Source: Mobula hypostoma (lineage: Eukaryota). Taken from it: DNA of 64,000 bases. Within the stretch, counting starts at the first letter, position 1, and each line of letters begins with the position of its first letter. Below are positions 12,366-25,782 of the stretch, piece by piece. The stretch is taken from assembly GCF_963921235.1 (NCBI RefSeq), contig NC_086108.1:91886001-91950000 (forward strand), written 5' to 3'. The position numbers were made by a program, and so were the translations under genes. The notes under the pieces are model-generated. The model had not been told where the DNA came from and did no database searches. It saw only the letters and a program-made list of their open reading frames with translations.

Positions 12366-15164
12366 GGGTGGGTATAATTTTTGACCAAATATTTACTTTG
12401 TTAAAGATATTACATACCGCAGTTCCAAGTTACTGAGCCTCTCTCATAGGTTTATACCATTAAAAGCACAAAAGAACTTTACTGTAGTGCATAACTCATC
12501 TCTGACAAATCTATAATTCCATATGTGCAAATTTTTTGGAAATGGAATTAAAGGTTAATTCTAGTCATACACCCATGCACAAATGCATTGGAAGTTACAA
12601 AAAAATTACCTTTCTTAATTACGATTCAGTTCTATCTCATATTTACTATCCTTGAAATAAAAGAAAAGGTCACCATACTAACAAAGCTGTATGCATAAAG
12701 GCAAAAAGTGCAGATCCACCACAATTATACACATTGTATGTGTACATTAGTGCTGAATGAATTGCTGGTTACTATCTTTATTCCTTTCTGTATAACTAAC
12801 AATATTCACTCCAAAAATAAACAGATTATTCATGAATATATTATTCTTTATTCTGAGTTGAGTCTTCTACTGTGATCCTTTGAACAACAATTTAATAAAC
12901 CTGGGCCAAGTACCAAAATACCTTTAATAAATAACTCAAATTCAATAACTCACTGAAAGTAAAGATTGAAAAATGAAAATATTCTATATTATAAAGTAGA
13001 ACCTCATAAATACACATAACTGTCAGTTAGACTTCCCCTTCAGAATTAGCCTGTCTGTGATCTTACCACTTTATTTCAAGAAAACAAGTCCAAGAGATGG
13101 TTGACTAAAGAGAACTTGAAAACCCAATTGCTTTGATGTAATAGTTGATATCGCAAGTTGTAATTAGAAAGGGAGGGAGAGTCTGTGGTCAGACAAGCTG
13201 ATTTATTATCACATCTCTCCTTTGACGTTGAGTATGTTTTAAATACCCTGTCAGCAAAGTTAATCTTTGCCTTATTTTTATGATGACACTATTACAACTA
13301 AGGAAACTTTCTGAAGCTTAGATGCATGCTTAGGTCTTATCGAAGATAAAATTGTTTTGTGCTTTCACTGCTCAAATCCCATTTCATTCAGTTCACCTCA
13401 ATCCACCTGATGTTTGAGTCTCAGCTGCAGGAGGAATACAAGTACATGTTCATTTATTTAAACCAAAGAATTCTGATCTTTAATTATTCTTCCAGCTGAC
13501 TGCACTGCTGGTAGGTGTTTCAAATGACTTCCATTATTACAAATATGCTACAATCCTTCTATCGGCTTAAAACAGACATGTGACCATACTTACAAATTCA
13601 TGTGCATAAATTGTTCAGTAGTAACTGCACATATCCTTCTGCAAAGCCCACTGGCTAGAATCGAATAGCATATTCTCTGAAGCATGCATGAATCTCTTAA
13701 GGGTCATCACTTCTCTAATCACTTTTTACCCTTTAGGCTCAATAGGTTACAATGAATTATTTCCTGTTGTTTTATTAATGTTTGGAAGCCAAATATTTAA
13801 AGACTTTTTTTGAACAAAATCTCCACACAACCAGGCTTCTTAAACCATTAGAATTCTCCAAGACTATCTACAGCATTCTGCAATACTGTAGTACAACAGT
13901 AACTGCAAACTTTATAAAATCCTACATTATCTTACATGACTTTCCATGAAATATGAATGATTTTCATGTTTTTGTCAGCTTTTAATGCCTTTTTATATAC
14001 CAAAGGACAATACTTATTCTTTCATAAAATCCATTGAGATTCTATATATGAAGCCTGTATTAGTAAATATTAAAGGAAACTACAAATTATATCAATTCAT
14101 ACTGCAAAAAAAAACATACTTCTAATTGGTTTTACTTAGGTTAGCCTTTTAGATTTCAAGGAAGTAAAGATTAACTATCATAAAAGATTCTATCAAGAGT
14201 AGGTTAATGCTATGGCAGACAGAGAAAATCACTTTAATTATGAGAGTTCTTCTGTATTAAGAAGCTGTGTCAGTACTCCAAATAGTTTTAGAAGTATTAG
14301 CACTTTCAGCATGTCCAATAAGACTTCCAGCTCTTTTTCAAGAGGATGATCTATTTCAATTGACAAATCATCACATCATCACAAAGACGCTGATAGAAGT
14401 GATTACTCCAGATCACCAAAGCAATCTGATGAAGTAGATTTTTGGAACAAGTCATCCAACACAAACAGAGAATTTTTAGGAGAAGGAGCTTTAACACTGA
14501 TTTCCTAAGCTACAAAATAACGGCTGTCACTTTAATACTCTGACTTTCTTCAAACAAGCCTATTTACAATGATTGTCAGATTGAAACCAAACAGATATTA
14601 CACTGTCAGTCAGCGAAATTACGAAGTTCACCATAACTGGGGCAGAAAATATATGTGGTCAACTTTGATGGACACAGGTGTTAAAGTATTATGAAATGCC
14701 ATCGGGTGTTAGAGTGAATGATGTGGTTCATAGACGTTCTGCTTTCTTTTCCCAGCAGGGATGCACTTCCATCATCAGTTCATGCTGCAAGAAGGGTTGA
14801 GGAGCTGGGGATATAGTGATCAGTCTCCAGAGCACTACCCTGGTTAAATTATATGAGTCAGGCAAGGTCACTTCATCAAGTAGGTAATGTTTCCTCTTTT
14901 TAAGAAAAAAAAATGAGGGTGCAGTCGGCATGATGGGAAGGAAATCTATAAATGCCAATTGTCTGGACAACAGTGCTCTTTGCAAAAGGGAAAACTGTTG
15001 TTTGTAGTGTTTATTGATAATCTGTGAAATGTAGAACAGAAGCTTGCCTCATTACCATGACAGCAGTAATGCTTATTAACACCAGCATCAGGGCCTAGTT
15101 ATCACATATGTGCTCTGACACAACACAAGTTGAAGGCTTCCTTAGTATTTTGCTACAGGAAACT

Positions 15165-15385
15165 TGTGTATTTGATATTTCAATAATATTTGAGTAATCT
15201 TGTGTGTATATATATTTATTAAGCTTTCCTGTTCATTTAAGTTATTACAGGTTATAAATAAAAATGTTAGTTACTTACATCATACTACCATGTGATAGGT
15301 GCCTTATTTAAGGTAAAAGATGTCTGGACCACATATCAGATTCTTGCACCTTCCTTTGAATCAGTTTAATGCTTTGAAGTTACCA
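15165..15385 (+). mobile_element. Solo LTR related to the Gypsy LTR at 5880-6117
   Basis: Starts TGTGTATTTGATATTTCAATAATATTTGAGTAAT and ends TTTGAAGTTAC, matching both ends of the reverse complement of 5880-6117. Confidence 0.65.
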
Positions 15386-15389
15386 AGTG

Positions 15390-15800
15390 TTGCTCTGGAG
15401 TGTCGGAGGCTGAGGGGAGATGTGATAGAGGTTCACAAGGTTATGAGAGGCATAGATAGAGTGGATAGAGAGCATCTGTTTCCCAGGGTTGAAATGGCTA
15501 ATACGAGAGGGCTTGCATTGAAGGTGAGAGGCGGTAGGTTCAAGGGTGGTGTGAGGGGTAAGATTTTTTACTTGGAGAGTAGCGGATGCCTGGAATATGC
15601 TGCCTGGTGTGGTGGTAGAAGCAAATACATTAGAGGCTTTTAAGAGATGCTTGGATAGGTACATGGATGTAAGGAAGATGGAGGGATATGGACATGGTGC
15701 AGGTAGGAGAGATTTGTGTTTGGGTGTTTTTGATTTGCTTTTTAGTTGGTTCAGCACAACAATGTGGGCCAGCTGGCCTGTTCCTGCACTGTACTCTTCT
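15390..15800 (+). mobile_element. CR1 LINE 3' end
   Basis: LECRRLRGDVIEVHKVMRGIDRVDREHLFP...TRG..LKVRGGRFKG, followed by a 3' UTR ending GGCCTGTTCCTGCACTGTACTC. Confidence 0.85.
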
Positions 15801-18800
15801 ACAGGAGGAACGATCTTTTTTTTGAAGTATTCATTAACAAATACACAAAGATGTAAGCATGTTAATATACTAGCTGTTTTCATTTGGTTCCTGCTTTAAT
15901 ACAGTTTGCACCCACCTACGGTTCAATTTAAAAAAAATACCAACTAAGTGCATAACAAATGTTTCCATGCCATTTGTTAGGAATAATATAAATAAGACTC
16001 TTGTTTAGTTTAACACTAAAGGTTATTAGTGGTCTTAATGAATATACTTTTAAATAGAATATATAGAGTGCATTTACTTACTCCATTCAAGCTACTAGTT
16101 TAGCCTAATAAAAGCATTTGGCTTAATGCAGCAATGTTAGGTCCTTAAGAATTCATCACAGCTCAAACCCAATGCACATAAATCAAAAAAGAAAACAGAG
16201 AGAAGAGCTGATTTTTAACACCATGTGCGAAGGAGATCAAAATGCAGGCCCCTCAGCATGTTTGCTTTCTAATTGAATACCATCTACAGGATCTTAGTGA
16301 ACAATAACGAGATAGAGCCAGACATGATTCCTGTCTCCAAATAACCATCCGCAATGCTAAAAATATTAAGTACATTATGGTTTATTTTCTGAAAATTCTG
16401 CATATATAACCAAATGCACATCTTTTTAAAAAGGATTTTGTAAACATTCTAGACAGTAATCAGAGCAAGTTGTTTTTAACAGTCTCCCACAGAAATAAGC
16501 AGCCGAACATATTACTGCACCAAAATGCTTTGTAAAGAAAATCTTTTAACATTCTAACAATCTTCATCATAATCTGCTGCAAGCCAAAATGATATTATAT
16601 GACAATCATATAATATTTGGGGTAGGATTTTAGTTTTGAACTTTAAGTATCTATTACATGGAAATCAAACGTGGATCTTTGCCTTCAAAGGGAAGCTGCT
16701 CTCTGGTGTGTCAAGCTTTTAAAAATAATGCTTAATTTGCAATGTTTCTCACTCTGTAAATAAAAGCATTAATTTTATTAATTTTTTCAAGCAATTCTCC
16801 ATTCCAATGTAGAAAGTGGATATCAATTTGTTATTTCATGGATATCCTTCCCCTCACATTGCGCTTGAAAGTCTCACAATTTACACTAATTTCAAACAAT
16901 ATCCTGCTGCTTTATGGATTTCCAAATACTGTATGCTTTTCTATTTAAGTATGATCAATGTTCCCTCCTCCTGTATTATTGTTGCAGTGTAGTCTTTATA
17001 GTGTAGCTGTATTTAAATTGTGGCCAAGCAAAATGCTTTTAATATCAATGGTTACGTGTTTTTTTTTAAATTAACAGCCAGTATAACTGGTCACTTCACC
17101 GGATATTTACATAATTGGACCTAAACGAATAAGAATTGGGTCTTGTTCATTTACTTTTAGATTTTATTAATCTCCGTTATGCAGTCTTTATTTCATTTAG
17201 CATTTCCTGGTAATGGTTATTATGTCAGCCATTTTCTACTTCTGTCATGTTGCAGATGTTGTAGTCATGTACCTAACTAATTTCAATTGCTTATAATGCT
17301 TATTCAAAGGACACAAATGAACATGAACAAGAGAAGCCATTAGTTATGACAGGTTGAGCATAACTTTTCAATCTGGCCTGGATTTGGATCAAATATGGAG
17401 CCAGATATTGGGATTATGATTGCAGTTTCACAAATTCAGTGTTGGAAATAATTGGCACAAAGAGACAGCATGTTCAAAACCAGTAATAAGATCAACACTT
17501 CATTGACTCATCATTTAGTAGAAAAGTCCTTATATCAAACCACTCAAGTTCTAGGTAAAATCCAATGTGTTTTTGTTGGATTTTCCTGCTGGTTTCAAGT
17601 AATCTGTGGCAGCATTGAGATTTTAAAATTTACTAAATATTTGGTGCATTGACTTGTTATTGTCACATGCATCAAGATAGTGAAAATCTTTGTTTTACAT
17701 GTCACCCATACAGATTATTTCATTACATTAGCGCATTGAGTTAATGGAAATATAAAGCAATAACAGAATGCAGAATAACATGTAACAATCACAGAGGTAA
17801 TGCAGTGTAGGAATATAATCATTTTCAAGGCTGTGAATAAGTGGACCGAGAGGTCAAGAGTCCATCCTATCGTAAAAGGCAACCATTCAACAGCAGGATC
17901 CAAATCGTCCTTGAGCCTGGTGGTTTGAAGGGGGGTGGGGGGAGAAAAGAATGTCAGGGGTGGGTGGGGTCCTTCTGGGAGCTGCTTGCATGAGGCAGAA
18001 AGAAGTGTGGACAGAATCTACTGTAAATACTATAAATGCTGCCCACTGACATCTGACTGGCAAGAGAAAGATGGAAGGATTCAGTCTGCAAGATGAGAGG
18101 ATAGGATAAAAAGATAATCCCTTCTCAAATTTTAAGAGGGTATCTACAAAGTAATGGTCCTGTTCTGACATTGATAGTTGGTGTGAAGCTATTCGCTAGA
18201 GTAAACGTTGCACAGCACTGACCAAGCAGGACTGCTTGGATGGGGTGTGCTGCTCAGAATGAAAATATAATTTAATACCAAAGAAAAATAATGAAACAAG
18301 AAAATAGAAATTGATTCCAAGGCATTAATCCAATGGAAGTGATTATATCTCATGAACCATGAGCGTTCAGCTTCAGCTGTTTGCCAGCCATCTGTATCCT
18401 GAGACTAAGCCATACAAATCCTGGGAGCTGGATGAGGAATTTAGAATTTCTTTTGCGTGTAGTTTTCTCTTCCAATCCCTGCCACCAAATCTTTGTACCT
18501 CCTACCATTGGGCAGAGATGTCAAATGACCAGACTTCCCCACCCCCTCAAAGCAAGTCGTAATATAATATAATTAACCAATTTACAGCCCAGTTCTGCTA
18601 AATGTAAAGAACAACAAATTGTCACAGGCAAAAGATAAGATCCAAATTAAGTATTCAAGCTGAGTGACAATTTGCTTCAGCATACATGTCAATTTAATAA
18701 CGACAGAATTGTTTTTTTTACAAATAGATTGAAATTTAAAAGCAATGATTGCAGCCCATATTGACAAAATAAATCCTGTGTTAATTGTACTTGATTTGAT

Positions 18801-19099
18801 TTAAGTATAATCAAATTTACATTGTAAAAATTGAATGAAGTCTAATTAGAAATTATTTTTAGCTCTCACGATGAAACAAAATCATGATTTATAGTTGCGA
18901 CCTCTCTGCAAAGCTGCCACTCAGTGTTCTAAATTTATTTATCCACAATTTGTTTCTTATACAAGAACTTGTTCTCAGGAGGTACGAGAGCACAGAGAAT
19001 AGATTGTGAATGGAGGAATAGCTGACATTTCATTTGTTAGCTCTCCCCATCACATATTAAATCAAATTCAGTCCTTTACCGAACCATGCAGCAGACCAA

Positions 19100-19390
19100 G
19101 TCTCCTTCTTCTTAGCCCATCAACCTCTACTGTGGCATGGGCCACTGACGGCAGCTCACTAGTGTCCACTGTCCGAGATGGGTCGGCCTTGTAGCTTCAG
19201 CTTTCACCACGTGACTTCATATGGCTTCTTGGCGAAGATCCTGCCTCTCCCAGGGAAGAGGTCTTTGGAGCTTCTGTTGCCGTTTCTGTAGTTCTGCGTT
19301 TTTATGGGATGGGGTTGCTAGCCCCATGCCCAACCCCCCCTTTCACAGCCGGGCTTGGGACCTTCCATGGCGGAGTTGCAGCAGACTAAT
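19100..19390 (-). mobile_element. Putative RTE-derived non-autonomous fragment
   Basis: The minus strand contains GGGGTTGGGCATGGGGCTAGCAACCCC, resembling a conserved RTE 5' motif, and ends in a (GAA)n-like tail. Confidence 0.4.
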
Positions 19391-20384
19391 GCATTTTTTT
19401 TTCTTAAATCATGTAGTTAGGGAGCGTACCTTATTGGAGAGATGTTAGACCATAAGATTTAGGAACGGAATGTCACGAACCTTGTCAACAGATACCACAC
19501 AGAACCACCTCTCTGTATTCCCAGAAACCGAATAACTAACGTGCCAGGAATTGTGCCCAATAATGGGACAAGAGGCCTCATTTGCTTGAAACAGGTGAGC
19601 TTGTTAGGCATTCCCATGTAACTGATGACCAAATACCATGTTTCTGTACATGCTAGGTTGAAGTCACCAATTCTAATTACCTATGCTCCGAGCGATTTCA
19701 TCATTCAGGATTTCCGGCTTCTGACCATTATCCAACCTCTCCCATAAATGTCAACCCGTAATGTCCACTCTCACTGAGCTATGCCTTCCTAGGCCAATTG
19801 GAAGTCAAAAAGATTCACTAGAGTCATAGAGTACTACAGTACAGAAACAGTTAGTCTGTGCCAAACTATTGTTCTGCCAAGTCCCATTAACATTCACCTG
19901 GACTATAACCCTCCATTCACCTCCCATCCATGTACTAAACAAAACCCACATTCCACACTTCCTCAAGCTGCTCATTCCACACTCTCACCACCCTCCGAGT
20001 GAAGATTATTATTAGCCGATCCGATGATTCTTGATAATCAAGATTCCTTTCCTGTCTCAAATCTAACAGTTGTTTTTACTCAATGAACAAAAGTATTGCA
20101 AGTCAACAATTTTTGTTTAAACCTCCCCATATTTTTTCTCCTGTGTTGCATCCATCTCAGACCTAGAATTAAATTCCTGGAGACTTCAGGAAAGTCAGTT
20201 AGGCTTGGCAACGCATGGGAGGAAGCAAACAATCAGATAGGAGGGAGTTATTGCTCTTGTACTGGAAAGAGCATCCCTCCACCTTCCAGCTCCACATTCA
20301 GCAAAGTGTTCTATTAATATTTAATGGCAACCTACCCCTTTAAGTCCAGCTGATGTGGTTCAACGTAACAATGTCAATTTACAA

Positions 20385-21100
20385 CAATGTTGATGGGACT
20401 TGATGATATGAGTTATAGGGAAAGGTTGAGGAATTTTGGACTACATTCCTTGAGGTGTTGGAGAATGAGGGGAGATTTGACGAATGTATATATAATTATG
20501 AGGAATATAGGTAGGATAAATGCTAGCAGTTCCTCCACCCCCCAGAGGCTGAGTGGAACTAGAACTATAGGTCAAAGGCTGGAGGTGAAAGGTGAAATGA
20601 TTAAGGGGAACTTCCTCATGATGGGTGGAGAGAGTGCGGAAAGAGCTGCCAGCAGAAGTGGTGGGTGTGGTTCGATTTATTTATTTAGAGATACAGCGCA
20701 GAATAGGCACTTTCAGATCTTTGAGCAACCCCCAAGTTAACCCTAACCTAATCATGGGACAACTTACAATGACCAATTAACCTACCAACCAAAATGTCTT
20801 TGGACTGTGGGAGGAAACCGGAATTCCCAGTGAAAATTCGTGCATGACACAGGGAGGACATGCAGACTCCTTCGAGGACACTGGAATTGGAATTCCAAAC
20901 TCCAACGCCCCAAGTTGTAACAGCATCACATTTTCAACATTTAAGAGAAGTTTGGATAAGTACATGGATGGGAAGGGAATGAAAGGCTATGGTCCAGGTG
21001 CGGGTCAATGGGACTAGACAGATTAATAGTTCAGCGGGTAAATGATAAAATACAAGATTAGATGTGGCAAAGAACCAGTGCTATAGTGCTCTATGACTCA
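20385..21100 (+). mobile_element. CR1 3' fragment interrupted by a minus-strand V-SINE (~20675-20930)
   Basis: GLDDMSYRERLRNFGLHSL..RMRGDL peptide. The V-domain TCTTTGGACTGTGGGAGGAAACCGGA lies at ~20797-20822, and CR1 resumes at ~20932. Confidence 0.75.
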
Positions 21101-21699
21101 ATAGCTTTATTCTGAAACACAGCAAGATTGCAGAATAAATAAGTAGCTCACCTCTTCTGCAAGGAAAATCTGTACGGCAAAAGGTTTCAAAATAGAACAT
21201 TTCCTTAACCTCTCACAATTAATTCAGCTCAGGTTATTTCGTGATTATCAGTGTTGTACCAGAAGAAACGTGCAAGAACTGTAGAAATGCAAGAGATAAA
21301 AAATGAGACAGAAATACTTAGCTGTCTCTAGAATAAATGCTCCAGTTTGATTTGTTGCTACACCAGAGTGAACTGGCAAGTCCGTGCTTCTTGCTATATT
21401 AGATATTCTGCAGGGGAATTGCAGCTGGAGGTTCAAAGCCCACACTTGGGAAGAAAAGGGGTAAATCTCTTGATCTTCAGTTTTGTGACAGGTATCCACT
21501 GACCCCTACAGGAAACTCTGTATGTTTGCACCTGGCGTCAGGACAGACCCAATCTCATTCAGTGCTGATGCTCCCTGCTGACATTCACAGTTTATATTGT
21601 TAAATGGACATTTTCAGAAGTTTGTGTAGGCTTCTTAGGTCATTCTCTTAAGCAGAAAGGCAGGGCTGCTGTGCATTGTTTTACTGGCTTTGCTATTGA

Positions 21700-22430
21700 T
21701 ATTAGTATTGGTTTATTGTCACATGCAGCAAGAGACAGGGAAAAGTTAGTCTTGCATACTGTTTATACAGATCAGGTCATCGCATAGTGTATTGAACCAG
21801 AATAAGGTAAAACAGCAATGCAGAATAAACTTTAAAAGCTACTGGAAAAGTGCAGAGCAGATAGATGATCAAATGCAAGTTCATGATGAGTTAGATTGTG
21901 AGGCCAAAGGTCCATTTCATCATACAACAGGTCTGTTCAAGAGTAGGATAGAAGCTGTACTTGACCCCAGTGATCTGTGCTTTCAGGCTTATGTATCTTC
22001 TGCCCAGTGGGAGAAGGGAGAATGTCCGTGGTGGATGGGGTCTATGATGATGTAGGCAGAAGTATAGACAAAAGTCGATAAAGGGAAGGCTGGTTACGAT
22101 GTGAGGCCGAGTCACAACTCTCTGCAATTTCTTGTGATCATGTGCAGTTGACATACCAAGCTGGTAATGCATCCAGACAGGGTACTGTCTATAAACACGA
22201 GAGATTCTACAGATGCTGGAAATCCAAAACAACACAGACAAAATGCTGCGGGAACTCACCAGATCAGACAGCATCTATGGAACTGAATAAACAGTCAACG
22301 TTTACAGCAGAGACCCTTCCTCAGAACTTAGTACTTGTTGTGGTGCACTGATAAAAATTGGAAAAAGTCAACGGAAACATGCCAAATTCCTTTAGCCTCC
22401 TGAGGAAGTAGAGGTGTTGGTAAGCTTTCA
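21700..22430 (-). mobile_element. Rex1/Babar fragment with a nested short PLE insert (~22193-22330)
   Basis: HDHKKLQRVV...FSLLPLGRRYISLKA peptide. The nested insert matches the pLTR end AAACACGAGAGATTCTACAGATGCTGG. Confidence 0.65.
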
Positions 22431-25279
22431 TTTAAACAAGCGTCATATACATTCACCCCAAATCAATTTTTTTTTCTCCTGCCGAAAATGATTTAATCAA
22501 TCCTACAAAAGGAGACTTTAATTTGTATGTGTTGGCTATTGCATTATGGGTGATACTGTAGCATTAACTTAACATCAGTTCCTCTAGGGAAAACAGAGCA
22601 AGGTTTGAGACTGAAGACGAAGCAAGAGTCAAAGAGAGACAACTGATTATGATAGCAAAAAACACTTGGCGATAAAAAAAGAATGGAATAAGGACAATCA
22701 ATCAAAACAGCCCATGTGGAAAATGGAGATAGGAGTTGAGGAAGGCAGAAGAACTAGAGAAAACAGAATTTTGTTGAGTATGGTTTAAAGGAAGAGACAT
22801 TTTTCTTCCCATATTAAATAGATGACCCTTTGGTCCATCAAAGCCTGTTCTCAGAGCAATTTTCCCTTATTTTCCTGCAAGCTATTCTTTTTTATAGTTG
22901 ATCAGAGAACTGGGGTCTATCTACATTAAGGGTAATTCACACATAAGGAATTAACCCCCCACCCAGCATGTTTGGGATGTGGGAGGGAACTGGGGGGGGG
23001 GTGTGGAATTCATGCAGTGACAGGGAAAGTGGGCCTACTCACCTGTGGTCAGGGTGGAACCTGGGCTGCTGGAGCTGTGCTGTGAGGCAATGGCTCTGCC
23101 CATTTTAACACTGTGCTGCCCCATTTTTATTCGCTCAAGAGATTTGGACATGGTCACTTCATATTTATCGCCCATTTTCAATAGCATTTGAGCAGAATGG
23201 TTCTCAAGGTCACTCCAAAAGGCAGTTACAGACAAATCAGTTACAGACATTATAGATTTGAAGATGTGTATAGGCCAGGACAAAAAAGGATAACAAATTG
23301 TTTTCCAAAGAAGACATTAAGATTCAAAGTATAAAGTATGTATGCAGTATACAACCTTGAGATTCCACCTCCCCACAGCCACAAAACAAAGAAAACCATG
23401 CAGCCCATTCAAAGGAAAACAGCAAGCACCCCTTGTGCAGAAAAAAAAACAAAATGAAACAAACCAAAGCAAAGCAAAACAAAACCCCAAGAAAACGTAA
23501 CACACAAAACTGAAGAGTCCAGGCATATTCCGTTTAACTCATTGTTTATTATCTACAGGCCACCTGGATTCAAAAATCACACAAAATAGCAACCAAAAAA
23601 AAAGGAAAGACCAGAAACTAGAAACACATCATATTGTGAACTACAGAGTCCAATCCTGATGGGTTCTTACAATAATTCAGAAATAAAATGGTCCCAGTTA
23701 GTGTTTCTAGCCACTTCCAATTCTAAATTAATTAATTAGCAGAACCTAAATTATTCTGATACAGTGGATAGCTAATCTGAAAACATAACCCAGGTTTGGG
23801 AGAATTTTCTTCTATTTTTGGAATTCGTTTGTGGCAATGGTTAAGAGTATTTCTGTGACATAGACTTTGCAATCGTTTCAAATACACTCAACCTGCAACT
23901 CAAACCTCTTTGTAGGTGGTGCACGGGTCATGTGTAAGCATGTTGTAAATGTTGTAATTCGCAAAACCAGAGTGCAGAACAAAGACTGATTCTCCATTGC
24001 AGGTAAAGCAAGTGTCTATTTATTTCTAGAACGCATTTAAAAAGATAAGCGTTTGACTACCGTTTCAGTCATGTGTGAATGAACCTTTTGAATTTGTAAA
24101 AGCTATACTGATGTGCACAGTGTGTCAAAGAAAGTACTTCCTAGTTTAGATCCTGTTAGATATGGGATTTGACTAAAGGGGAAAAAAATGGCTGAAGTTG
24201 CTTAGCACTTTAGTGCAAAGGTGCTTATTAAGTGCATCAAAAATTAGCAAAAATAGAGAAAAGAAAAGCACCAATGTTTACAAAAAGACATCTACCAGAA
24301 AACACAGTAATAGCTCCATCGAATTTTGTCCAGTGTGTACTATGGCAGCCCCAATCTCTCTCTCCTCTACTAGGAACAACAAGCCCCATTTATTAGGGAC
24401 CAGGACATACTCACTTTAATTACCCACAAGGTTAACTTAAGACTACATACAAATTAGAATATGATGCACACTCAATGTAGTTATATTATAATAAACACAA
24501 GTATATTAGAGTAAACAATATATACATTTCCTTCACTGAAGAAATGGAATATTCCACCATGTAAGGCAGAAAGGCACCATCAAGCCAACCAAGCACATCA
24601 ACTCGGTTTGAAGCCCATTATCAGAACATACCGGGGAAGGCGCTGACATGCGCACACTCAGCACGATGACAACCGAACGACAGGGCAATGTCTGTGCGTG
24701 TAAGGTGTGCGTTTACTGAGGGCTCTCCATCACAGATGCGTTGCTGAAATGATCGATCTACAGTTATATACTCTGATGACTGCAATCAATCTGCATTGAG
24801 GATAAACAGATCTGTCATATGGAAAATACATCCCTCCAATTGGTTACAGATGCATTAAACCATATAAATATTTTAACATTAAACTTATTTGCCTTCTCCG
24901 AAACCTAACTCACGATCACTGAAGCCCTTGCAATATCCAATTCCCCTGCAGCTTACAAATGTTACCAACTGGTTTATTTTTCTAAATAAAAGATAAATGG
25001 ATTGTAGCAGAAAAAATCTTCACAAAATATATGAACAAAGAATCCGGTGCTGTAATTACAATGATACAATTTAGTTGTGTCTCTGCATTGTGTAAACTCC
25101 CAGGATCAAAGGATGGATTTTTGTTAAATGTTAAGATAATGCATTTAAATTTAACTGTGACATTCCTTTGGAGTATATGCTCCAGGAAAACAGTTCATAA
25201 ATGGATGTCTGTAACAATCATCTCATATTATCACCAAGCCACAGGAATCAGACACACCATTGATACAGGTAAAGCTGCA

Positions 25280-25735
25280 TTATGACCATAGCCTCCCCAT
25301 CATTAAGGACATCTTCAAAAGGTGGCACTTCAAGAAGGCAGCAACTATCATTACAAGACATGACCTCTTCTCATTATTACCAGGAAGAGGTACAGGAGCC
25401 TGAAGACAACAATGTTCTTCTCCTCTACCACCATGTTTCTGAATGGTCGATGAACCCACAAGCACAACCTCGTTATTCCTTTTGCTTGGACTATTTATTT
25501 ATTTCAGTCCTGATGAAGCGCCTTGGCCTGAAACATCGACTGTTTACTCTTTTCAATAGATGTTGCCTGGTCTGCCAAGTTCCTCCAACATTTTGTGTGC
25601 ATTATTTTGAGTTCCAGCATCTGTAGATTTTCTTTTGATTTATTTTTGTAATTTATAACAATATTTTATGTATTACACTGCCGACACAAAGCAGCTAATT
25701 TCTTGGCATATATCAGTGATAATAAGCTTCATTCT
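25280..25735 (+). mobile_element. Rex1/Babar 3' fragment with a nested short PLE insert (~25505-25640)
   Basis: CCTCCCC..CATT..GGACATCTTCAA..GGTGG..TCAAGAAGGCAGC...GGAAG.AGGTACAGGAGCCTGAAGAC is homologous to 1620-1750 and 42960-43100. Confidence 0.7.
25505..25542 (+). ncRNA. Hammerhead ribozyme motif (partly decayed)
   Basis: CAGTC CTGATGA AGCGCCTTGGCCT GAAAC ATC GACTG has a 5-bp stem I and intact core boxes, with GTC changed to ATC. Confidence 0.6.
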
Positions 25736-25782
25736 GAGCAATTGATTAGCCTATAATGTTATTTGTTCAAGTCAAAAGCAGT

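Noticed and set aside
12610..12650. Possible 41-nt minus-strand exon (ccttttcttttatttcaag|...AAG|gtaatt)
   Set aside because: It has stops in all three frames and an AAG acceptor. It could be a non-coding or poison exon but cannot be supported from sequence alone.
24664..24700. SECIS-like reading of ATGA..AA within the hairpin
   Set aside because: The AUGA-to-AA spacing is too short, there is no 3' GA for the quartet, and there is no selenoprotein context.
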